Shown piece by piece: positions 12,001-25,016 of a DNA stretch of 64,000 nucleotides. The notes beneath the pieces were generated by a model that saw only the letters and a program-made list of their open reading frames with translations, did not search any database and was not told the DNA's origin. The DNA is from Mytilus edulis (lineage: Eukaryota): positions 59,706,001 to 59,770,000 of the forward strand of contig NC_092349.1 in assembly GCF_963676685.1 (NCBI RefSeq), written 5' to 3'. Numbering within the stretch: position 1 is the first letter of the stretch; each line of letters starts with the position of its first letter. The position numbers and the translations under genes were made by a program.

Positions 12001-15000
12001 TTATGGTGTTTGTTGGAAACGTATCTTGCTGCTCTTCTCTGGACCATTTCTAAGCGATCTATTTCCGTTTTAAAGTATGGGTCCCATACTGGACTTGCAT
12101 ACTCTATTATTGGTCTTGCGAGGCTTTTGTATGCATTTTCTTTTACTGAAGTTGCTCCTATGTTTAAATTTCTCTTAAGGAAGCCTATTGTCCTATTGGC
12201 TTTGTTACATATATTATTGATATGATCATTCCACTTCAGTTCGGATGTGAAGGTGCAACCAAGGTATTTAGCACTTTTGACAGGTTCCAGTTTGTGGCCA
12301 TGCAATGTGTAAGATGTTGGAATGGTGTTGTTTTTGCGGCTGATGGTGAGAACATTGCATTTGTCCGGATGGAAGGACATTTTCCATTTGTCTTCCCATG
12401 TTCCCAGTTTGTCGAGGTCGCTTTGAAGGTCATTTGAATCTTTGTCAGATGAGATGGTAAGATATGCTATTGTATCATCAGCAAATAGGCGGACAGTGGA
12501 TTTGATCCCATCTGGCATGTCGTTGATGTAGAACAGGAATAATGCTTTACACTGACCTTTATGATTACCTGATATCTTAAAGCTAATATAGGCTCAGCTT
12601 AGTGCAAAAAGGTAGAGTTCACAGTTAAAACTAAAAATATAAAAAGTGCATACCAATGGGTGCATTGTCTAATAAACGTAGGTTTACTTTTCTTTCAGCA
12701 TGTATGCCGCTTACTGTACTGCTGTTTATGGTTGTTCGAGATATCAATACTACTCTTGAACTTTTTTCTTTTTTCTCTAAAGAAAATGTAATCATTCATA
12801 AATTTTATATAACTCGTGTGAAAATATGTGTTTCTTCACATTAGTTTGTTAAAGTACATTTGTAAAGATATGAAATGTAACTCGATAATTACAACTTTTT
12901 GTCAAAGGCAAACAAAATCATCACTCATTTAGATAATACTCAAGTCCTCAACTAAATTATTATAGCCGTAAGAGAGGTAACAGTTGATAACATTTTTCGA
13001 ATCAAGATAGGATCTAAAACAACAAAATAAGTGAAATTTACTTTAACTTTACCTGTTTTGTAGTATTTAAAAGCGTGACAACAGTAAACTTATTATATGT
13101 TACAGTCAAAAGTACAACTTCAAAATACTGTACTCCGAAACAAAGTTATAAATGGATAGTCCCTAAGCAAGTGGCTAAAATCCAAAGTTCAAACTCATCA
13201 TACGAATGGATAACAACTGTCATATGCATATTTCTGAATTGGCACAGGCAATTTCTAATATATTGTCAGAGTTTTAGCAGTGTATACAATTTTACCCATA
13301 TGTCCAAAAACTTGAAACAGTTCAAGCGTTTTAGAGTGCTGACAGTAGTCAAATGATTTTTTACACCTTGTTGAAGGTTGTTTACGTGGCAAAATACAAT
13401 TGTTCAAGCGGTGCAATAATTTGAAATCCTATACGTGAAACATTGCGGCTCGAATATGAACAAACAAAAGAAAAACACCCAATGATATATTGAATATCAT
13501 TGTTTTACCACGAATATCAAATGTAAATATTGATTTAAAAAAAACATTGCTCAAATAATGACATCTATCACAGCAGAAAATCCGATGATTGCCTGCAAGA
13601 ATGAGATGCAAGGTTAAATCTGTCATTCAAGCACATGGTGGTTTCATTCAATTTTACACTTTGAATTATGCATGTTGTTAAATGGCTTACAAATGACGTT
13701 TTCTCACTGAAATCTTTTCGGTAATTAGAAGGTCAATTCTTAAATGATCATGTTAACTGGGTTGTGATAATGTGAAAATATATTGATCAAATTATCATTT
13801 AATTTGATATTTGTTGCTGTGTTCTTTAATTTCGTGCAATAAAGTAAAGTATTCGGTAAGTAGAAATGATAAATAACTGAAATTAAGGATAAAAGACATA
13901 AAGCCCCACAAAAAAGACAATGGTTAAAGTCAATTCAAGATAAAACAAAAAGTAAAAAAATGCAATTTGATCATACCTGTTGGCGCATTGTCAAGTAAGC
14001 GTAGATCTAACAGGTTAACTTTTTCTTCAAGCTTGTCCCACTGCACATGGACTTCTTTTCCTGATTTCTTCACCTTGACTATGGTGCCTAACTGCATATC
14101 TTCCTTGGGTGTCCATGATGTTTTGACTACTCTTGACCGTTCTTTGATTTTTTCTTTAAAAATATATATACGAGTTTAAAGAGCATGTAAACGATTTTAT
14201 ATCAGCTCAAAATAATTCAGTATTGTAAAAAAAACCAGCTTTAATCTATAATATTGCTTCTAATGAACATTTAAACAAATTTGAATGGATTTTTCACCTT
14301 TACTAACATGATTATCAGTAGGTTGCTTGGTTAGTTAATTGTATGCATTACCTAAAGTAGCATTAAACATGTGCAATTCTTCATTACATTTAGTTTTTTG
14401 ATAAATTGAAATTTAGCATATTGTTAAATTTGATAGATTTTGCATTCATTTAAAAATACTCTATATATCGGCTTGGTTTTTTTTTTTTTTTTTTTTTTTT
14501 TAATTCATTGAAAGATGTATTGAAGATAAGTTTGATGACACATAGGGTATTGTTGTCCCCTTATTTTGACATGTTCACCTATTTTTTCTGTTAGTTCAAA
14601 CCTTGCTTTTAATATTGTGAAATTGTATTGACTGTCATGCAATTAAGAGGTTTAACTAACATTGAACACAGGTTTAATCCCTCATTTCCGACACATGGAA
14701 ATGCTTGTACGCATTCAGGAATTAGACATTTGTTTTTAATTCGGTTGATGTGTTTGAGCATTAATTTTACTTTTGACAAGGGACTTCAGATTTAAATTTT
14801 CCTTGTAATCGGTATTTTTGTTATTCTACTTTTTACATTGCATGTCCCTTATTGATAGATATCGAGCTTAGTCACTATTGTCATTCAAATATGCGTAAAT
14901 GCGAAGGTGTTGATAAAAGTCTCTTCAATATTATGATTTTAGCATCAAAATAACATATCTACTAGTATATTTGTATTTAAACACTTCTTGCAAAGACACA

Positions 15001-16112
15001 AACCTCCAGCATAGCGATCAGTAATTTTTTCTCCAGCAAAAGTAGAAAAATAAGATAAATAACCCTGGACTCGTGGTTCATCTTGAATTTCTGTCTATAA
15101 AAAAATATTTATTTCAATATAAATAATTATTTAAATTATCTGAACAATCCAATGCTTTAAAATGTATAGTTATGAATAAACAATCATTACACCATGTCCA
15201 CTTAATGTCTCCTCAACTGCGTTTCCAAAATTTTCCGAAAATGACAATTCATCTTAATATTGTCCATCCAATTGTTAGATATATACAAATATAAACAAGT
15301 AAGACACTGCCAAAAATAACAAAGTTTTACCTTCACATATCAATAAACTGATAGATACCGATCGTCTGAAATTTGAATGTTTTAAATTTAAACAAGCCTA
15401 TGTGTTAGATCGAGATTGTCTGGAAGTATTAATGTTAAGTTGAAAAACTCTATTTTTTGATTCAGTAATTTTTTTTCAATTCCCCTCATGGAATTTACCA
15501 AAGCCAGAAGGTTCCTTGTTTTTGTTATACTGTTTAAGAGTAGTTTACCAGAACAATTTTTAGCAAGCCGCATACATTCTGAAACTCAAACGTCATAAGA
15601 TTTGCAAGTAGATCTTTTAATTTTGTGGTGACACTTACAGTTATATTTCAACTAGACCCATTCCTAAGTCAGGGTCCTTTACTAATACTGTTTTTTGGGG
15701 TTCTTTTTACAACATCTTCATTCATGGCCTGATTTATCATATTTTTATATAGATTTCCTGGTTCAAATAAGGACCATGGGTACCGTATAAAGAAACAATA
15801 GATGTGTAGGTATGATAAGAATATCTCAGCAAATTCTCAAAAAGTCGACTATTGGACAGAAAAAGTATAATAATAAAAAATAGTTTGAAAAATCATTTTA
15901 TCATGACTGGGAGAATCACATCAACTCTAAAGAAAGTCAAACGATATAAAGAAAAAATCTAATATGCATACAGATATAAGGTCATAATTATGATAGTCTT
16001 GTTCTTCTGTGATTGGTTGTGATGGCCTTATGTCATCAAATCCCTCTTTTCTCGAAATTTCACCTAGAGTCTCCATCTTAAAACCATCTTTTGTAGAAGA
16101 AACCGCCGTCAT
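26..16112 (-). CDS. Mind bomb-like (MIB/HERC2 x5 - ZZ - MIB/HERC2) multi-exon gene, 3' part beyond left edge of window
   Basis: Hand-spliced GT-AG exons (minus): 15972-16112, 15064-15094, 13977-14153, 12654-12776, 10808-10991, 9921-10099, 4732-4908, 3374-3545, 2362-2468, 1113-1259, 26-78; total 1491 nt, 497 open codons. Repeat ends such as DLRLLDNAPTG match the MIB1 DLRILDSAPTG linker. ZZ finger GVKHSNVTCDECYTYPLRGIRWKCLHCDSYDLCTVCYMVDEHNVNHIF. Second module ends FYPDHLPILG (MIB-type Y.DHLP.LG). The first two small exons and the start codon are less certain. Confidence 0.8.
3374..3545 (-). CDS. ZZ-type zinc finger exon of the MIB-like gene
   Basis: CDEC...RWKCLHC..YDLCTVCY...H...H pattern; ttccag acceptor, gtaata donor. 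Confidence 0.92.
5900..6056. repeat. Imperfect ~40-48 bp tandem repeats (gtctacgatgtatgacaa...) inside the DIRS relic
   Basis: Motif (t/c)ctacgat recurs at about 5903, 5952, 6000 and 6040. Confidence 0.65.
7125..7168 (-). ncRNA. Minimal type I hammerhead ribozyme motif (retrozyme/PLE-associated repeat fragment ~7090-7210)
   Basis: Minus strand: gcgtca-CTGATGA-gtct aatgt agac-GAAA-cgcacg-TC-tggcgt. Stems I and II pair, core and GUC site are intact, stem III has one change from the palindrome cgcgcg. Confidence 0.75.
7755..8240 (+). mobile_element. Naiad/Penelope-like 3' fragment nested in the DIRS relic
   Basis: Matches the RT C-terminus (IDNEGRLKTKLYDKRDD) and 3' UTR of the 56287-59440 element, with an internal deletion. 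Confidence 0.88.
11575..12541 (-). mobile_element. 5'-truncated CR1/L2-group LINE (RT C-terminus, G-run 3' UTR, (GCAGAA)n tail)
   Basis: ORF 11682-12518 with LFADD, KYLG and SFFPRTIRDWNALP motifs; tandem tail at 11571-11591; possible 6-bp TSD atgctt at 11569-11574 and 12542-12547. Confidence 0.9.
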
Positions 16113-16406
16113 ACCTATAAATCATAATTGATACATCCTACCTTTATAATTTACAAGTACACATGATCAATCATTAAATAGAATAATCCAGGTAATCTGA
16201 AACGCAATAACTTCTGCCATACATATTCGAATCGTGTATGTATTGATATCGGTTCAAACTGTTGATATTTGTGATAGGCAATATATTCGCAGGTTGTTAC
16301 AAATTATTTATTGAAATTAATTATCATAAAAGTATAAGTCTAGATTAAAGTATATAAAATTGGAAGGGCAATTTATCGGAGTATAATAAACTCAGAGTTG
16401 TGGACA

Positions 16407-16557
16407 GGGAAAACCCTTAATCAAGTTAATGTGGTGAATGCTACAATGGCAAACGTCTTACATATTAGTCATATCAAGTGGACCAGGAACACAACGACAA
16501 AGCCATTTATATAATGGTCTACATGTTGAATTCACAGTTCTTTTGAGGAAATTGAAA
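16407..16557 (-). promoter_or_regulatory. Candidate promoter of the MIB-like gene: TATA box, ISRE-like site and Rel/kB-like site
   Basis: TATATAAA on minus at 16506-16513; a gtaaga donor at ~16461; GAAATTGAAA at 16548-16557; GGGAAAACCC at 16407-16416. Short motifs in AT-rich DNA, so chance occurrence is possible. Confidence 0.3.
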
Positions 16558-18319
16558 TCATGGGTTTAAACATCTTTATAAAGAATGTTTCATTTGCAAA
16601 ACTGAATTAATGTTATAAGTTTGTGATCTTAGTTTCTAGATATTCATCAATCTTTTTAACGTTTCTGGTGTTAAACATTTAATAACGTCCAGAAAATTAA
16701 AAGATGTTCAGATTAAAATTATCTTTTTGGAACTTTATTGACTTGGAAACCAAATGGGTGTTATTTACCCAATCAATAGTGATTATTTCTAATCTATTTT
16801 TAATCTCAATGAAAATACTAGTAAGAACTATCTAGCCGTAACAAGCAATGGGTATATATTTGTTGAGTATGCTTATGGTTATAAAAATTTTATTAACCAC
16901 ATCAAATTTATATTGTATTTTATTTGGTGCTTATATCCTGCACAAAAGCAAAGCAGTGGCACTAAAAACAGCAGTGGAAAAATAGCATCAAACAAGAATT
17001 TGTTTATAGTATACGGATGACCCATCCGCACCATCATTGTCTATGTTCAGTGGACTGTGGCCATTTATAATTAAGCACTGTTAAAGTCACAATGGTGCTC
17101 CCATAGACTTAATGTAAAAGAAAGAAATCCCTACCTACCTATCCTGGGTTTTTTCAGCATGCGACAGTAAACATATATACTTTGTTTGTTTTGCCTTAGC
17201 TTGCGACCAACTATCACTGTATGAAATATGATATGTCAAAAATTCGTAGCAGATTTGTAAACATTTAAAGATTACCTGTATACAGGACTTAATTATTTTT
17301 ATATGCATGCATTGATTAAAAATGTCAATAACGTTATAATTACATTGTACAACTAAATTGTTGAATGCGACTTTAATTAAATAGTTGATAGTATATAATA
17401 GATAGAAATTTATATTACATATTATATAGTTATGTCAATAGTTTTCAAAGACAATCACTGAGAATCGTGTTCATTTATAAATGCATACAGATTTATATTT
17501 CACAATTAATTTTGAAGTGTTGAATCATGTTTATAATCAATATTTAAAACACATTTACCAGTAATACTATTTTAGTGATCCAAAATGTTTGTTTGTCCTT
17601 TTATAGATACGATTTAAACTTTTTAAAAAGTGGAAATGAATAAAAAGAAACAAAATACAAATAACCTTGATATGTATTTTTAAATTTGTATAAAGGATAA
17701 ATCTATATTGAGATATGAGAATCAAGGTGGGTACAATACTAACTAGAAAAGCAGTGGAGAAATTATATCACCCGTTTGTAATTATAATGGGAAATTGGAT
17801 ATGGAAAATAAAACCATATGCCCTCTGTTAGATACCGTCGAATGATTACGGTGAATGTATTCAAGGTGATTTGAAAGTAAAGAAAGTTATTTTATAATTA
17901 AAAAAACACTGTACTAGCAGTGAATTAGTCCCAAATGTAAATGAAAATTACACTTTATTAATTAACCTGATTCACCTTTTCAAGGAATATGGAACAGGAA
18001 TGAGTTATTTATTATTAATTTATAACGATTGTTTAATAATTGTTTTGGTATTTTTGTATTTGTAATTGTATGACTGGCAATGTGAACGCTATCCACCAGA
18101 GTCCAAAGAACATGAACGTAAACGATTTAATGCATAATTGAAATCATAGAGATGATAAAAAAAATACATGCATGATTATATTATTCGTATCTAAATTTTT
18201 ATGAAGTATCAAAACATTTTTGTTACAATCTTAAACTTATTACAAGAGATGAGTAAGATTATTTTTCTTTTTTTCTTTCTTTTGTTTTTGCATGTACAGC
18301 AAACAGTCATTTGATTGAG

Positions 18320-18726
18320 TTAGGCCTGTCAATTGATATTTTATCGTGTGTTTTTCTATGTTGTAATGTTATGCTATTGTTTTAGAAAAAGGGAATGGTT
18401 TGGTTCCATTAGAAAATTTAATTTCGCTGCAAATGTTTGCACCTGTCCTAAGTCAGGAATCTGATGTACAGTAGTTGTCGTTTGTTTATGTAATTTATAC
18501 GTGTTTCTCGTTTCTCATTTTTTATATGGATTAGACCGTTGGTTTTCCCGCTTGAATGATTTTACACTAGTAATTTTGAGGCCCTTTATAGCTTGTTGTT
18601 CGGTGTAAGCCAAGGCTCCGTGTTGAAGGCCGTACATTGACCTATAATGGTTTACTTTTTTTAAATTGTTATTTGGAAGGAGAGTTGTCTCATTGGCACT
18701 CACACCACATCTTCCTATATCTATAG
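18320..18726. repeat. Dispersed interspersed repeat ending ...ggagagttgtctcattggcactcataccacatcttcctatatctata
   Basis: Partial or related copies at about 5215-5305, 22800-22915 and 52995-53235; reverse copies at about 4230-4300, 19270-19320, 51090-51165 and 62255-62530. Confidence 0.8.
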
Positions 18727-18892
18727 ACGACACTATTGTTTTATTAGAAATTTGAAGAACATTTTTGTATTAACGGTAAATTTTTAGCTTTCAACAAATA
18801 ACCCTAATTTGTTCAAAAAGGAAGAGGAAGTTATTTACCAAAGTATAATTTAAGAGGGATTGATATGTACGAATTAACAACATCATTTTCAC

Positions 18893-19100
18893 ATGTGGAG
18901 CAGGATCTGCTTATCTTCCGGAGCTACTGGGATCACTCCCAGTTTTACGTGGGGTTAGTGTTGCTTAGTCTTTAGCTTTCTAGTTTGTGTCTCCTGTACT
19001 TTTATTTGTCTGTTTGTCTTTTTTTTTTAAGCCATTACGTTTTCAGTTTATTTTCAATCTAATAGTTTGACTCTCCCTCTCTTATCTTTCGATCCTCTTT
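18893..19100 (+). mobile_element. Naiad-type 3' UTR fragment (older)
   Basis: acatgtggagcaggatctgctta...ctttcg..cctcttt, homologous to 42260-42478. Confidence 0.75.
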
Positions 19101-19143
19101 CAGTTACATATGTGTTAGTGCTCAATAGACCGACAGATATAAG

Positions 19144-20231
19144 TAGTGTTGTCAAATCGTACACTTTTGCCTAACCGGTTACTCGGATAAATGTTCAACC
19201 GATTAACCGGTTAACCGGTAGTTTATGTTGATGTTTGAAGACCTTATGTATAGTACCCTTCACATGTATATATAGAAGATATGGTATGAGTGCTAATGTG
19301 ACAACCTTCCATCCAAGTCTTACATTTACGTTTTTATAATACGCTGAATTGAAGTTGGTATTACAAGGCCTGTTTATGAAGATTCCTGCCGCAAAGTTTT
19401 ACTTTTAATAATCATATAAATCGTATCAACTATGGAGTTTGTACTAAATTCAAATTAAAAAATAAAAAAAACTTCTTGATCTCGTAGAATTTATATGTCT
19501 GAAACCGATGATTCATTCATTTTCTCTTGTTTTCTCCGAAAATAATGTGAAGTGTTTCAATTTGAAATGATTAAGCTTGTTACTCGTACTATCACGTTTA
19601 CAATGATTACATTCACATAGGTTTACAATTCAACATTTTTGAGTTAGCATTTCGTTCAAAGTTTGACAAAGCCTTGCACGACGGAGATTGCACAATCAGA
19701 TGTAGGTCTACACAATATAAGAACAAAAATGAAATAATAAAGTAAATCGTGAAACCTAATCGTATTACTGATTTAAAGTTAATCCTCCATTTTCTACATT
19801 TGAAAATGTCTGTACCAAGTCAGGAATATGACAGTTCTTGTCCATTCGTTTTTGATGCGTTTTGTTATTTGATTTTGCCATGTGATTATGGGCTTTCCGA
19901 ATTTATTTTCCTCTAAGTTCAGTATTTTTGTGATTTTACTTTTTACTGTTAACAAAATATATATAATAATTATGTTCCCTTAAGATCTTGCTCCGAGCTG
20001 AGAGACAAGTTCTTATTAATATTATATTTGTTTTATTAACAATAGCAATCAATTTACTGGATAATTGATCTATCAAATTAATTACCACGTTGACAACTTT
20101 TAAAGACAACATAACTATTTAATGATTTCATAACAAATTTATATCAAAATTGAAAAAAAGTCCGGTTAACCGGTGAGCGTTTTTGGTATTCGGTATTCGG
20201 TCGTTCAAACGGTTAACCGTTGACAACACTA
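19144..20231. mobile_element. Non-autonomous hAT-like DNA transposon (MITE) with nested repeats
   Basis: 12-bp perfect TIR tagtgttgtcaa / ttgacaacacta; clustered subterminal aaccg/cggtt motifs at both ends; 8-bp flanks gatataag vs gttataaa (6/8 match). Confidence 0.75.
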
Positions 20232-23200
20232 GTTATAAATGAAGTCCGTAAGTGTAACTTTTTTTATATCTTTGGTTTGTGGATTTAAAACCAAATATTC
20301 CTCCTGAATAAGGCATCTGCTCCTACCCTCAAAGGCATGAATGAAAACAAAATACAAAAGAATCTATTACATCATTTGAGAAATGCTATGGAAATTCCCA
20401 CCACTGTTACTACCTTGAGAGTGCATATTATATTATCGTTTACAAAGCTATGGTCTTGAGCGATATTCAGCTTAATATCACTGCAATTGGTCAGGGTCAC
20501 ACATTAGTATATCACCTCAGGATAAAATTCGAATATCACAGCCCAGGCCATGTGTAAATATTCAACAAATGTATGGCTTCCATGAATCATTTCTTAAATC
20601 ATGACCTATCAAACATGTTCGGTGTTTTGATTTGTATCAGGTGTGGTGCGTTTAATGTGGTAGACCTCTTGTTAGGGAAATAACTCGTAATCATATACTT
20701 GGAATCATTGATGCATTTCATCAAAGATGTTTAAATGCATTAACGTTGTGTTCACAAATGTTTGTTCTTGTTGTAAGTTAAGACTGTTAAGTCGTTTTGA
20801 AAAGGCTGTTCCGTTTACTATCGATTTGATTTCGATTTAATTTTTTCAATTTCATTTATCAATTTGATACAAATAAGAAATAATAAAGTATTATTAACAA
20901 GCAGTTTCAGTAAGAACTCTGGTATATATATATTCGAGGAAGGTTGTATTGTCCCTAAGGCTCGAAGGATTGACGCCATATACAGCTGATTGAGAATTTA
21001 AACCCGGACAAATACAAAGATAGACATTTCATAACTCTTTTAATTATCCTAACCCTTCATGCTATATTTAAATCAAACTGAACATTAGATTGTGTATACA
21101 TAAAATTGCATTTGAACTTGACCTATGTTACGGCGAATTGTTTCGTCAATATTGGTTATATTTCTGATTTCCAGTCCAGGTTTGTAATCTATGCAAATTC
21201 ATTTTAAATTATATAGCTCGCACACAATATTTGAAAGAATAAATCATACAATCCTAAATAGTTCCGGGCGAAGAAGTAATATAAATCATGATTCAAGAAG
21301 CAAAAAGTAAAATCACAAAACATAACAACTGTCACATTCCTGACTTGGTGCAGGCGTTTGTTATGTAGCAAATGGTTAATTAAACCTGATCTTAAATCTA
21401 GCTTAACCTCTGACTAGTATGCCAGAGGCATAAATTTCCAATACACATATAAGGTTTAGTTTTACATTTTAGGCCATATGGAATTTACAAGTATGAAAAT
21501 GATTTAACAACTACATATTGTAACCTTTTACCAATAGAACGGTTTCATCAGTATCATACATGCATATTTATTAGATGTTAGATGTTAGAGATCATTTAAT
21601 AGTATTGACGTAGTAAATAAAAATGACACTTACTTTATCAAAGCTTTCATATCAATCCTCGTAATATTGATGTGTCTATTACTGAACTCGGTAATATTTT
21701 AAGAATTCTTGGTCATTTAAGGAATATTTGTAATGAAAAGATTTAATGTTTTCGCAGAACCATGTGATATTTTAAACTTAAATATATGGGTTAAAATACA
21801 ATATGCACTGTATGGTACTCTGTGTTTATTCAACGAGAAGAATTAGTCTTAAAGTATGTGTAGATACGCAATCAGATATGATACCAAAATTAATGACCGT
21901 CTATTTAAACATTTGTGTACAAATTAGAATTAATTGTTAAAAACGTTTTATGGTATTGATGCACCTGTATTTAAATTATTTGACATTACTTAAATATTAA
22001 CCTAATTATCTCTTTGTTTTGCATTTTTTATAAAAAGGCTGCAAACATAATGAAAAGCAAAGAAAAAAATCAAGGAAAGATTCAAATCAGGCGGTGATGG
22101 CGTAGTAAATGCCATTATTTTTTTTTAAATAATTTTGCTTTTAAGAGTTCTCAATAAACGTTTACACTTTCAGCATATTATCAATCCGATAACATAGGTA
22201 TTGCTTCGAGTATTTAATATGGTATAGACATGCAGAAATAACATAAAAGTGAACTTGTGTAAAACCAGAAGTCATATTTAGTGCACCGAAAATATTGTTT
22301 GTTGTCTTTATCTTATTAGGGTCAAAACAATTTTTTAAGAAACCCGTTTTTTACATATTACTTAAAAAATGATTTTTCTTTATTTCTTTATAAAAAAAAA
22401 ATCTAATATCACTTGATATGGCATTTCTATTTAACCTGTGTTTTCGCTAATTTTAGATAACATACTAACAGTTAATTCATTTTTTGAATATCATCAATTT
22501 ATTGACGCGACTGTGAGTCTACTGATCCTGTTAGGATTTCATTTTCTTTGTCAAAAATAATCGAATTCGTATTTCGTCGCAATTTTTAACTTAATGGCTG
22601 TTCGTTTTTTTCCAAAAAGAAAAATCATTTTCATATCATTCAGTCAGTTTGTACAAAGTATCGGTCTATTTAATTTGATGTAACAAGAATATTTAGGAGT
22701 ACAACCACTAATTGATAGCTCCATTTCTAATTAAAGCATTAATAGCTACTCTGTCTTAAGTTGAAATAAAGTGTCGGTTATTTCATGTCCAAACTAGTAA
22801 GCCTAGGCTCTGTGTTGAAGACCGTACCTTGACCTATAATGGTTTACTTTTATAGATTGTGACTTGGATAGAGGGTTGTCTCATTGGCACTCATACTACA
22901 TCTTCCTATATCAATATACCTTATTCTGACTTGTGTTAACAAATTAAGCGTATACTTTTACATGTTTTAATTGCATATACATGTATAAAAGCACAATGAT
23001 TCCTGGTTTGATAGTACATACAAAAGATACTGTTGTTCTGATTTAAAGTGTAACTGTGCCATCCTTTTTAAATTTAAACACATTTTATATTTTTCAACAA
23101 AAACCTTTATCAAGGGCACAAGAGTGATCCCAAGTATTCATCTTGAAACAAAATAACCGAAAAGTTTTACTTATTGATAAAATTACAGTCTTTACTCTTC

Positions 23201-24004
23201 AACTTTTACACAAGGAGGCCACCTTACTAACAAACATTATGTTATATGATCAACCTAGAGCTTAAAGTATTGAATGAAATTTGGAAACCGCAAGCGATTG
23301 GCAGAGGAATTTTTTTTACTGTGAAATTGAAAGATGACAATTAGAAAATAAGGTGTAGATTACAGTTTCACATGTTCTAAAACAGTTTGTTTTATCTAGG
23401 ACGAACATAATTTCACCTATTGACCGTTGCAACCCGTCATCATATAACATCTTATCAATTCGGCTAAATATAGTTTATTTAAAGAAAAAGTGTAAAGTTT
23501 ATGTATTTAGTATAGAGACATGAGATTTTCATAGCCATTTTATGGTTATACCTAACATTAGGCACCAAGAAGACGTAGTGGTGATTTTCTTAAATCTCCT
23601 TTTTCATAAATGATGTAGTGGTAAATGTGGGGTTCGGAGTCATGTTTTGAATCCAGTTTTCTTTCGTTAGACATTTCATATTTTTTATGGCAAATACAGC
23701 CAGCATTGTTAAAGTGGTTGTCTGCTGGAACAACAACGCGTACATATGTGTATGTCTGTGGAAAAACAATTATCTAGCATTAACAACTCATGTTCCTAGA
23801 AAAAATAAAAAGTTATCATAGTACAAGATTATTATTAGAACACTAAAACCCTGAATATTCATGTATGTCGAGTTTAATAGTTGTCATTTATTGTTTAAAG
23901 AAGGTTATTTTAAAAAAGACAGTGTCCGAACAATACTTCATGTACCAATGAATGACGTCCTGAAGTGATGATATGCCTTTAACATATCTATAAGTTTTCA
24001 TTTC

Positions 24005-24385
24005 AAGACTGAGCAAGAAGAACCCTATCAAAAACTGGGGTTGATCCTAGGTGTTCAGAAAGGGTAAGCAGATACTTCTGCATAAATGGTAATAGCTGTG
24101 TTACTCACGCAAGTGTAAACGCTATGATAAGTACTCATCACCTAGGTCTAAGATTCGGAAGGAAAAGTTTGTAGGAAAGAAGACGGGATTGTACTAAAGA
24201 CAATTGATGTTGTCATCTGTTGAACAGATATTTTGTAACGATCAAACAACTCGTGATAACGTCTGTTAAATTAACATAAGGGTGATTTCAACTTCACTAG
24301 GACTAGGAACTATTTAGTTTCCTTGTGAGCAGCAACCCTCTATCAAGGAAATCATGATAGGAAGTGCAAGCCCTGGAATATTGTA
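24005..24385 (-). mobile_element. Degenerate Naiad-type 3' fragment
   Basis: Similar to 56410-56790 (caaccctctatcaaggaaatcatgatagg, gggtaagcagat). Confidence 0.75.
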
Positions 24386-25016
24386 CGTTTGCATTTAATT
24401 ATCTTACAAACAGCATTCTGTCACTTCTGTGCTGTTGCGAGTTCGTATAACCTTTATTAATTTGTATTGTTAAAGTTCACATAACTTACGCCAACACTAC
24501 CTTCAACAAAATCAACGAACCATTGTTTCCATATGCATGTTTTGTCCAATTTAATGTTAAACTATAACATTTTACACAACATCAGCACTACCTTTTAAAT
24601 ACGTTCTACAGATATACTAAAAAATAGTTTGTCAAGGGTTAATTTTTTATACTAAATGAATGAGTGGATAATTGTCGTACTATAAACATAATCTACATTT
24701 TGATTGACCTCGTCATCAATCGAGGACATATATATATATATAAATACAATTTGATATTGATAAAAGATTTTTAAATGTTGATTGACAGTAGTAAATTAGT
24801 TCACCGATTTGAAGTTTATTTTAACAATTAGGTGGTGTCAATTATAATTTAATCTTCACAATCTGTGCTTATGTGCAAGGTTTTGCAACCTTATGTAAAC
24901 AATTTAAATGCCTTTAAAGTAAATAGTCACTCTAAAATTATAGCTAAAAGTCATGGTGAAATATGTATCTGCTTTTGAAATGTTCAGTGACTGTATACAT
25001 AAGTTACAAATATTAC

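Noticed and set aside
11920-12437. Plus-strand ORFs over the LINE, and similar ones over the Naiad (57351-58453)
   Set aside because: Antisense shadows of retroelement coding sequence.
20400-24900. Hidden gene in the long intergenic stretch
   Set aside because: Only repeat fragments and AT-rich sequence; no phase-consistent exon chain found by eye, though small or non-coding exons cannot be excluded.
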